From an uncultured Candidatus Saccharibacteria bacterium (GTDB lineage: Bacteria; Patescibacteriota; Minisyncoccia; Phycocordibacterales; UBA5272), in the NCBI GenBank assembly GCA_964455195.1, contig CAYVUY010000003.1, positions 1 through 41,513 on the forward strand: a stretch of DNA of 41,513 nt. The letters run 5' to 3'. The position numbers and the translations under genes are program-made. Positions 1 to 6,402 of this stretch are shown here, one piece after another; within the stretch, counting starts at the first letter, position 1; the number at the start of each line of letters is the position of its first letter. The notes below the pieces were generated by a model, which made no database searches, was not told where the DNA came from, and saw only the letters and a list, made by a program, of their open reading frames with translations.

Positions 1-46
1 GTAACAAGGCACGGCTAGCGGAAGCTGGTCGTGGATTAATTCAATG
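1..46 (+). rRNA. rrs: 16S (SSU) rRNA, 3'-terminal fragment; gene continues upstream of the window
   Basis: GTAACAAGG, then a 10-bp helix CACGGCTAGC/GCTGGTCGTG capped by GGAA, then GGAT. This matches helix 45 and the 3' tail of E. coli 16S position for position (GTAACAAGGTAACCGTAGGGGAACCTGCGGTTGGAT...). The tail diverges after GGAT. The 3' end coordinate is approximate. Confidence 0.6.
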
Positions 47-262
47 TGAAATCGTGTACGCAATCCATACTTAGTATGGTGCGTTACATCTTGTCGAAAT
101 CTTTTTAAAGAGATTTAGGACTTAATAGTGATCCTCAACACTATTCGCGTTCAAGCGTAACTGAACAAAAGTCGCAAGTCGCAATTGAGCGTGACAAAAT
201 AAAGTTAGTTGCGCTCGCAACATTGTGTTATATATTTCCAATATTTAATTTTTAAGTACTCT

Positions 263-302
263 AAAAAAATGCCCCGCGAACGAAAGTTCGCGGGGTCTTT
301 TT
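263..302. terminator. Bidirectional intrinsic terminator
   Basis: Perfect 10-bp GC-rich stem CCCCGCGAAC/GTTCGCGGGG (272..281 / 286..295) with a GAAA loop, flanked by an A-run (263..269) and a T-run (297..302). It lies 14 nt past the stop of the minus-strand gene 316..1074. Confidence 0.7.
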
Positions 303-315
303 GTCACCGATAGAG

Positions 316-1074
316 TCAGGATTTCTTTTCGCCAGGATGCAGACGTACTGGTTTGACAGGGAGAGGGCGTAGCATTTTGGTACAGTTGTGCCACTTCGCT
401 CCTTCGTCGGTCTGTATGAAAAACTCGTAGGTGCTACGTGTTTTCTCGGGCATGTTGCGGTCATGAATGAATGCAAGACCTTGCCTTCGATTCTTCGCCA
501 GTACAACAGTAGAGGTGTGATGCGGATGTTCTGTTAACCCAAGATTTAACTTCTGAACCACAAGAGCATGTCGTGCCGCTATCTCATGGAGTGTTCGTTG
601 ATGATACTCACGAACTCGAATGGCGTATGTCACTACTTTTTTTACGTACACCTTCTTGTCTTCTGTGACCGCAAGCTCGGGAAGTGCTGTTGCAGGTCGT
701 CGAGAGGCTAGGTTTTCATTCGGTTCGATTTTCGTGCTCAGTCCGCCATCTTCATCTGTGACCGCAAGCTCGTGAAGTTCCAGCACAGGCCTTCGTGAGG
801 TTGGTTTTTCATACGGCGTGATTTCCGTGTTGGGTCCAGTGTCTTCATAAAAATTACACCGGCTACCTTCCATGGTTCCGCCGTCTTCTTCGAGTTGCAA
901 GAAAAGACTAAACGGTAGTTCATGGAGTATGCGCGTCACCCCATCAATGCGAGCCGCGAGACTCCGGCATTCGAGAATATCTCTTTTACGTACGCGTGCA
1001 GTTTTATTTGGGGTGAGGCTTTCTGTTGGTTCTGTGATGAAGTCAACATAAAACCTCAGTAGACTTTTCGTCAT
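316..1074 (-). CDS. Hypothetical protein, G+C-rich orphan with an internal 31-codon tandem repeat
   Basis: 252-aa ORF. AAGGA lies 6 nt upstream of the ATG. The start overlaps the upstream gene stop (ATGA). A terminator follows directly. I recognise no family motif. Confidence 0.6.
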   Translation of the reverse strand: MTKSLLRFYVDFITEPTESLTPNKTARVRKRDILECRSLAARIDGVTRILHELPFSLFLQLEEDGGTMEGSRCNFYEDTGPNTEITPYEKPTSRRPVLELHELAVTDEDGGLSTKIEPNENLASRRPATALPELAVTEDKKVYVKKVVTYAIRVREYHQRTLHEIAARHALVVQKLNLGLTEHPHHTSTVVLAKNRRQGLAFIHDRNMPEKTRSTYEFFIQTDEGAKWHNCTKMLRPLPVKPVRLHPGEKKS

Positions 1075-1460
1075 GTTGTATCCTTTCGACCGAGGTTTTT
1101 GCCTTTGATTTTTTGGGCGGGTGTTTTGAAAGAACTGACCGGAACCTTTTCATCACCCTTCGTAAATGGCGGACGTCGGATACCTTTTTCTGGTTCCCAC
1201 AAGGAGAACACACCGTCGATTTCGTGGTAGATGACGAACTTGTGATTCGTCCACGTCGGATTCGTACGAAGATAGTCGACGAGGAATGACGGGGTTTCGA
1301 AAACACTGATTTTGCCCCGTTTGGAACAGATACGATTCACTGGTTCTTGATCCAATTGGCGTTCTCTTAGTTCTTCACGTAAGGCATTTGTGGTCATCTC
1401 CCCGATGGGGAGTATGAAAAACACTTCTCCTTTTTTCGGTACGATTGAGTCGATAGGCAT
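1071..1460 (-). CDS. Hypothetical protein, G+C-rich orphan (start re-assigned to ATG 1460)
   Basis: The track ORF begins at a TTG (1472). The in-frame ATG at 1460 is preceded by GGAGG (complement of 1466..1470) with a 5-nt spacer. I recognise no family motif. Confidence 0.6.
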   Translation of the reverse strand: MPIDSIVPKKGEVFFILPIGEMTTNALREELRERQLDQEPVNRICSKRGKISVFETPSFLVDYLRTNPTWTNHKFVIYHEIDGVFSLWEPEKGIRRPPFTKGDEKVPVSSFKTPAQKIKGKNLGRKDTT

Positions 1461-1595
1461 TGTGGCCTCCAAGTTTGTTGGTCAAAGGTTGTTCTTCTAA
1501 ACACTACCTTTTTGGAATAAAAAAGTAAATAAGGGATATAAATAAAAGTGGAGGTTTTAATTTTGCTCTATTTATGCTAGTATTTCATGACATAC

Positions 1596-1662
1596 GCGCG
1601 AATAGCTTGAGAGGCTTGACCTCGATATACTTGAAGCCTGAATTAACAAATCCATGTCTTGG
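1596..1662 (+). pseudogene. Possible decayed partial copy of tRNA-Ile
   Basis: The 12 nt at 1596..1607 (GCGCGAATAGCT) are identical to the first 12 nt of tRNA-Ile at 1737. Weaker colinear matches follow (CTCGA..TATACT vs CTCGACTGATACT; TCTTGG at an equivalent distance). The arms no longer pair. Confidence 0.3.
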
Positions 1663-1691
1663 ACTAGAAGGTGAAAAGTACAGCTGACGCA

Positions 1692-1721
1692 TTGTAATAC
1701 GTGCCGTTTATTGTGTATAAA
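1692..1721 (+). promoter_or_regulatory. Sigma70-like promoter for tRNA-Ile
   Basis: TTGTAA (1692..1697), 18-nt spacer, TATAAA (1716..1721) preceded by TG. It sits about 15 nt upstream of the tRNA. Confidence 0.45.
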
Positions 1722-1736
1722 AATAGTTTCCATCGT

Positions 1737-1809
1737 GCGCGAATAGCTCAGCTGGTAGAGCACTCGACTGATACTCGAGCGGTCCCAAGTTCGAATCTTG
1801 GTTCGCGCA
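1737..1809 (+). tRNA. tRNA-Ile (anticodon GAT)
   Basis: Cloverleaf read by hand. Acceptor GCGCGAA/TTCGCGC, D-arm GCTC-AGCTGGTA-GAGC, anticodon arm CTCGA-CTGATAC-TCGAG, T-arm CCAAG-TTCGAAT-CTTGG, discriminator A. No encoded CCA. Confidence 0.95.
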
Positions 1810-1849
1810 CGATGGATGGTATTCCTAATAGTAAGTAAAGATACAAAAA

Positions 1850-1869
1850 CCCCGCGCCAAGGCGCGGGG
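1850..1869. terminator. Bidirectional intrinsic terminator
   Basis: CCCCGCGCC-AA-GGCGCGGGG hairpin. It is followed by TTTGTT on the plus strand (after tRNA-Ile) and by TTTTTG on the minus strand (after ORF 1888..2052). A second hairpin GTTCTGATGC/GCATCAGAAC lies at 1874..1895. Confidence 0.75.
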
Positions 1870-1887
1870 TTTGTTCTGATGCACGCA

Positions 1888-2052
1888 TCAGAACATGTGG
1901 GTCATACTTTCCCCACCAGTTTTTCTTTGGCCGGAGCGCAGGCGATGACCGGCAGTTGTTGGCTGGGCATTGCTTGCGCGTGAGCGCGGACGTACTATTT
2001 GAGGGCTATCAAATTTTGGTTTGCCCCCGGGTGTTTTCCAAGTCACTATCAT
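1888..2052 (-). CDS. Unannotated small basic protein (54 aa), hypothetical
   Basis: My translation: MIVTWKTPGGKPKFDSPQIVRPRSRASNAQPTTAGHRLRSGQRKTGGESMTHMF. GGAGG (complement of 2059..2063) lies 6 nt upstream of the ATG. A hairpin terminator follows the stop. Locally G+C-rich. Below the ORF-track size cutoff. Confidence 0.3.
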   Translation of the reverse strand: MIVTWKTPGGKPKFDSPQIVRPRSRASNAQPTTAGHRLRSGQRKTGGESMTHMF

Positions 2053-2207
2053 GGAATTCCTCCAAACGTTTAATGAACAAAAATAAGCCCTTGGGTTCTA
2101 GATGTTTACACATCTTAGAAGCTGTAGCTTATACTGTGTATAATAGCATCATTTATCTATATCGTCAAATCTGCAAAGTGCTGAAAATTCTAGTATGATA
2201 GGGGTAT

Positions 2208-3212
2208 ATGATACGAATTGAGACTGAAAGTGGAGAAGAGCTTTCAGCCCTTAAGGTGGGCGGAATAGCCTCTCATACGGTGGTTTCTAGTGATGTAGAA
2301 CTACTTGACGCACTTTCCTATGCTGAAAATAAAGGGTTAAGAATACATATTCGTGGCGAGGGTACCAATACCTATTTTGCTGACACATTAGAAAATCTTT
2401 TAATTATCTCTATCGCATATAAAGGCATTTATGTCGAAGATCATCTATCTTCTGTGCGGGTGCGTTGTGGAGCTGGCGAAGTATGGGATGAGCTTGTTAA
2501 GCGCACTGTTGATGAAGGCTGGTGGGGGATTGAAAATCTTTCTTTTATTCCGGGTACTGTTGGGGCAGCGCCAGTACAAAATATTGGAGCATACGGAGCT
2601 GAACTTTCTTCAGTGTGTGAATCAGTACGTGTGTATGATACACACGAGAAAAAGTTCTCTACCTTCTGTAAATCAGCATGTGATTTTGGTTATAGGGATT
2701 CTTTATTTAAAAAAAGTAATGGAAGATATATTATCACTGAAGTAACACTTATTCTTTCAAAACTTCCAAAGCCTCACGTAACGTATCGACCACTAGATAC
2801 TTTGAAAGAAAAAGAAAATGTTTCTATACAAGATATTCGTGATTTGGTAATTGCTACACGAACCTCGAAACTCCCTGATTATAAAGAGAACCCTAACTGC
2901 GGATCGTTTTTTAAAAACCCCACCATTAGTGAGAGTCAGTTCCTTCATTTACAAGCTAAATATTCAAATTTGGTTTATTTTAAAGATGGAGAAGGATATA
3001 AAATTCCAGCAGGGTGGCTTATAGAATATGTTGCACGTATGAAAGGAGAAAAGATTGGAAATGTAGGGATATGGAAAGATCAAGCTTTAGTAATTGTTAA
3101 TTATGGTAAAGCAAAAGCTGAGGAAGTGCAGAAATTAGCGGCACATATTGTTTATCTTATCGAACATGAAACAGGCATAACATTAGAGCAAGAAGTGCAG
3201 TTTGTGAAATAG
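2208..3212 (+). CDS. murB: UDP-N-acetylenolpyruvoylglucosamine reductase
   Basis: FAD-binding PCMH-type N-terminus (GEGTNTYF), ENLSFIPGTVGAAPVQNIGAYG, and FGYRDSLFK motifs typical of MurB. 334 aa. Confidence 0.9.
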   Translation: MIRIETESGEELSALKVGGIASHTVVSSDVELLDALSYAENKGLRIHIRGEGTNTYFADTLENLLIISIAYKGIYVEDHLSSVRVRCGAGEVWDELVKRTVDEGWWGIENLSFIPGTVGAAPVQNIGAYGAELSSVCESVRVYDTHEKKFSTFCKSACDFGYRDSLFKKSNGRYIITEVTLILSKLPKPHVTYRPLDTLKEKENVSIQDIRDLVIATRTSKLPDYKENPNCGSFFKNPTISESQFLHLQAKYSNLVYFKDGEGYKIPAGWLIEYVARMKGEKIGNVGIWKDQALVIVNYGKAKAEEVQKLAAHIVYLIEHETGITLEQEVQFVK

Positions 3213-3281
3213 ACCGTATACCACTATACTTATTTTAAGTGCTTGTTGTTTTAGATATATAACTAACTTTGCGAGGTTGCG

Positions 3282-3830
3282 ATGATACTTGATTCCGCTA
3301 CTGGCGATGTTATGAGGACCTACAAACTGACCTACAGTCAAGTTATTTTCCTTGAGATGATTCTCAAGGTGAGCTTTCTTGATCCGAGTATTGATGGCAG
3401 GTTCGCTACGGTCCTTAAGGAGGGTGTGAGAAAGTTAGCCGAGTATTTTCTGTACTCTTCTTCCCAACCACTAACTGTAATGTTTTCTTACGGTGGGCAA
3501 GAGCAAAACTTTTGCGAGGTGGTAAAGAACTACCAGCTACCTCAGTTTCAAGAGGAGGGCAATCAGAATGATTACGGAATCAGCCTGGTTGCTTTCGATA
3601 GCTATCTTCACGATATTTCCATCGTTCAGTCTCAGTTCGGGAACTGTTCTGAGCAAGAGGCAATTAATTACACCATTATTTTTTTAGCGATTTGTGACGA
3701 AGTGGAGAAAAACGAGGGCTCCATTAATCAATACGTTACAGGTCAACCTAGTTTTATTGTGGTTGAGGAAGTCACTCCTCTGGTAACAATTTTTCTTGGA
3801 AGTGAAATTCCGTTTACTCGACCGCAATGA
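3282..3830 (+). CDS. Hypothetical protein
   Basis: 182-aa ORF with GAGG 5-6 nt before the ATG. Intermediate G+C (25/60 counted at 3421-3480). Followed by a hairpin terminator. No recognisable motif. Confidence 0.55.
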   Translation: MILDSATGDVMRTYKLTYSQVIFLEMILKVSFLDPSIDGRFATVLKEGVRKLAEYFLYSSSQPLTVMFSYGGQEQNFCEVVKNYQLPQFQEEGNQNDYGISLVAFDSYLHDISIVQSQFGNCSEQEAINYTIIFLAICDEVEKNEGSINQYVTGQPSFIVVEEVTPLVTIFLGSEIPFTRPQ

Positions 3831-3840
3831 ACACAAAACA

Positions 3841-3876
3841 AAACGCGAACCGGAGGATCGCGTTTTCTGTTTTTTA
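3841..3876 (+). terminator. Intrinsic terminator
   Basis: AAACGCGA/TCGCGTTT stem (3841..3848 / 3858..3865), then TCTGTTTTTT. Confidence 0.6.
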
Positions 3877-3915
3877 ATTACCGTGGCGGGGTCGAATAAA
3901 GAAAGTAGAGAGCAC

Positions 3916-4005
3916 TGTTTACATTTCTTGTTATTTTCTGCTACCACCGCAAAGCTGGATACACGAAAATAATGTCGAAATGTTTACATTTCTTGTTATT
4001 TTCTG
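3916..4005 (+). repeat. Exact 25-nt direct repeat, two copies (3916..3940 and 3981..4005)
   Basis: TGTTTACATTTCTTGTTATTTTCTG occurs twice, 65 nt apart. The second copy supplies the -35 and spacer of the rsmI promoter. Confidence 0.9.
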
Positions 4006-4012
4006 ATAGTAT
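3983..4012 (+). promoter_or_regulatory. Promoter of rsmI (extended -10)
   Basis: TTTACA (3983..3988), 18-nt spacer ending TGA, TAGTAT (4007..4012). The ATG at 4020 is 7 nt downstream. Confidence 0.5.
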
Positions 4013-4019
4013 CAAACCT

Positions 4020-4703
4020 ATGAACGGCACACTCTACATAGTCCCAACACCAATAGGAAATCTCGAAGATATGACGCTTCGAGCTATTCGAGTGCTAAAA
4101 GAAGTGGATTTAGTTTTATGTGAAGATACTTCTGTTACACAGAAGCTTCTTAAGAAATATGAAATAGAAAATAAGACAAGTGTTTTCTATGCACAAAGTG
4201 GAAAGGGGACACTAGAGAAAGCGCTAACTCTTTTGGCAGAAGGAAATTCTATTGCATTAGTAACTGATGCTGGTACCCCTGCAATATCAGATCCTGGAAT
4301 GGTCCTTGTGGACGCTGTAAGAAAAGAATTTGGAGATGAATCAGTTATAGCTTTGGCAGGGCCGTCAGCACTTACGACCGCACTCTCGTCATCTGGATTA
4401 GATACTAGTCAGTTCACATTCTTAGGATTTCTTCCACACAAGAAAGGACGCGAAACGTTATTTAAAGAAATAGCTGAGAGTAAACGAACAATTGTATTTT
4501 ATGAATCAGTACATCGCATAGAAAAAACTCTTGAAAAATTAAGTGAAATCTTAGATGCTACAAGACGTGTTGTTATTGCCCGAGAACTTACCAAAATGCA
4601 TGAAGAAACAGTACGAGGAAACGCAAAAGAGCTTAAAAAGTACTACGAGAATAATAAAGATAAGATACGAGGGGAGTTCGTAGTGATTGTAGAAAGACCT
4701 TAA
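4020..4703 (+). CDS. rsmI: 16S rRNA (cytidine1402-2'-O)-methyltransferase
   Basis: MNGTLYIVPTPIGNLEDMTLRAIRVLKEVDLVLCEDT is the canonical RsmI N-terminus. The 16 upstream codons of track ORF 3972.. overlap the promoter and repeat, so the start is placed at 4020. Confidence 0.9.
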   Translation: MNGTLYIVPTPIGNLEDMTLRAIRVLKEVDLVLCEDTSVTQKLLKKYEIENKTSVFYAQSGKGTLEKALTLLAEGNSIALVTDAGTPAISDPGMVLVDAVRKEFGDESVIALAGPSALTTALSSSGLDTSQFTFLGFLPHKKGRETLFKEIAESKRTIVFYESVHRIEKTLEKLSEILDATRRVVIARELTKMHEETVRGNAKELKKYYENNKDKIRGEFVVIVERP

Positions 4704-4862
4704 ATAACTTAGCTTAGAGGGTTATTACTTTACCATAAGTTTCAAGCAATAGTAGTTACTTTCCATTGGTTACAATGTGAAGTCTAAAATAATAAAGTCG
4801 CCAAACTCCTTATTACTTCGAGTCATTTCACTCCTTATTATTTTGATGTATACTATCCCCAT

Positions 4863-5108
4863 ATGTCATCTACCCGTACACAAAGAATTATCGCTTTTAT
4901 CCTTTTCATTTCACCTTGGATTTACCTACCGACAGTATTTAAAGAAATAATTTTTATTGCACTCGCTGTCATTTTGTACCTCTCTACAGTACCTCTTTAT
5001 AAGAAGCATAAGACTGAATATGATGTAGATGCTCAAGTCTCTACTCATACACACACAACTACTCATACCCATCCTGATATTACCAAGGTAGTACAAAATC
5101 CAGCATGA
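4863..5108 (+). CDS. Small membrane protein (two predicted TM helices, His/Thr-rich tail)
   Basis: 81-aa ORF with two hydrophobic stretches. TATACT (4849..4854) lies 8 nt upstream of the ATG. The stop overlaps the next start (ATGA). Confidence 0.5.
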   Translation: MSSTRTQRIIAFILFISPWIYLPTVFKEIIFIALAVILYLSTVPLYKKHKTEYDVDAQVSTHTHTTTHTHPDITKVVQNPA

Positions 5109-6346
5109 AAGGGTTTGCAGCTCTCATAACGTTTCTCGTAGTATCCTTTTTTTATATAGGTGTTGATGGCTATGAAAGATATATTAAACGTTTCGGTCAC
5201 GCAACGTATGATGCAGCACAAATAGCAAAAACAATTCCAAGTAAGTTAGAAACTGCCCAAAAGAAAGTACAAGAGTATCAAGCAAAAAAAGAAGCCGAGG
5301 AAGCTAAAAATAATGCCACCTCTTCACCTACAGAAGTATCGAATCCATATCCAGTAAGTCACATTGATACACCAGAGCATGTTAAAGCGGTATACATGTC
5401 TTCGTGGGTTGCGGGTACACCATCGGTACGAGAAAAAATCATTAAGCTTATAGATACCACAGAAATAAATGCAGTTGTGATAGATGTGAAAGACAATACA
5501 GGATTAGTATCATGGGATGGTCGCATTAAAGATTTAGATGCGTTACTTTATGAATTGCACGAAAAGAATATTTATGTGATAGCACGAGTAGCGGCATTCC
5601 AAGATCCTTTTTATGTAAAAAAGCATCCTGAACTTGCTGTAAAAAATAAAAAAACTGGCGAAGTGTGGCGTGACCACAAAGGGGTGCCATGGATTGATAC
5701 TGGTTCTAAACAAATGTGGGGGTATATTCTTGGAATTTCTAAAGAAGCTTACAGTCGAGGGTTTGATGAAATTAATTTGGACTATATTCGATTCCCTACA
5801 GACGGAGAACTTTCACTTATGTCTTTCCCCGTTTCTGGTGCTCGTGCGATAGGGGATAAGAGAGGTATTGTGAAAGAGTTTTATAAATATATTACTGAAG
5901 AATTACATAAAGATAATATTCCGGTTTCTGGAGACCTCTTCGGTATTATTATGCTTACCAAGGCTGATATTCCAGTGCTTGGTCAGGATTTACATGATGG
6001 ACTAGAATACTTCGACTTCATAGCTCCAATGGTATATCCATCACATTTTTATGCCAACACAGCAGGGTTCAAAAATCCAGCTGTTCACCCTGCAGAAGTA
6101 ATTTCATATGCAATGAAAGCAGGTATTGTCATCGCAGATGAGGTTGCAAGTTCAACATCACAATCAACAAGTACAGTGCGAGCTAAGTTACGACCTTGGT
6201 ATCAAGATTTTGATATGGGTGCAACATATACGAAAGAAATGGTGCGTGCTCAGATAGACGCAGGTGAAAAGATTGGAATTAATTCTTGGATGCTTTGGGA
6301 CCCAGCGAATACCTACACTGTAGGAGCGTTGAAAGTAAGTCAGTAG
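5105..6346 (+). CDS. Membrane-anchored putative glycoside-hydrolase-like TIM-barrel protein (DUF4015/COG1306-type)
   Basis: N-terminal TM helix. The pattern VKAVYMSSW...INAVVIDVKD...ARVAAFQD...GFDEINLDYIRFP resembles the GH-like TIM-barrel family. The assignment is from memory and needs an HMM check. Confidence 0.65.
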   Translation: MKGFAALITFLVVSFFYIGVDGYERYIKRFGHATYDAAQIAKTIPSKLETAQKKVQEYQAKKEAEEAKNNATSSPTEVSNPYPVSHIDTPEHVKAVYMSSWVAGTPSVREKIIKLIDTTEINAVVIDVKDNTGLVSWDGRIKDLDALLYELHEKNIYVIARVAAFQDPFYVKKHPELAVKNKKTGEVWRDHKGVPWIDTGSKQMWGYILGISKEAYSRGFDEINLDYIRFPTDGELSLMSFPVSGARAIGDKRGIVKEFYKYITEELHKDNIPVSGDLFGIIMLTKADIPVLGQDLHDGLEYFDFIAPMVYPSHFYANTAGFKNPAVHPAEVISYAMKAGIVIADEVASSTSQSTSTVRAKLRPWYQDFDMGATYTKEMVRAQIDAGEKIGINSWMLWDPANTYTVGALKVSQ

Positions 6347-6402
6347 TTACATCTCTATCAACTAGTAACTACTACTTATAAACTATATACTTAGCGTTAT
6401 AT

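Noticed and set aside
130-137. GATCCTCA in a hairpin loop, considered as a displaced anti-SD of the 16S rRNA
   Set aside because: It lies about 90 nt beyond the position equivalent to the 16S 3' end. It is only a 4/5 match to CCTCC and is embedded in a spacer hairpin (AATAGTG...CACTATT). I kept it as a caveat for the anti-SD finding rather than as a feature.
738-1306. Minus-strand alternative-frame ORFs 738..923 and 1043..1306 (and 261..506) overlapping the two G+C-rich orphan genes
   Set aside because: They are fully nested in longer ORFs that have SD boxes and start/stop coupling. They are probably frame artefacts of locally high G+C.
1572-1763. Minus-strand ORF overlapping tRNA-Ile
   Set aside because: It runs through the tRNA gene and its promoter. 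The region is better explained by the tRNA and its decayed upstream copy.
3684-3947. 87-aa minus-strand ORF between the hypothetical gene and rsmI
   Set aside because: It spans the terminator hairpin and one copy of the 25-nt repeat, and it overlaps the end of the 3282..3830 gene. It has no motif or start-site support.
5041-5076. CA-rich tract encoding THTHTTTHTHPD, considered as a metal-binding or phase-variable element
   Set aside because: The repeat is short and imperfect and lies inside a small ORF of uncertain status. There is no evidence beyond composition.
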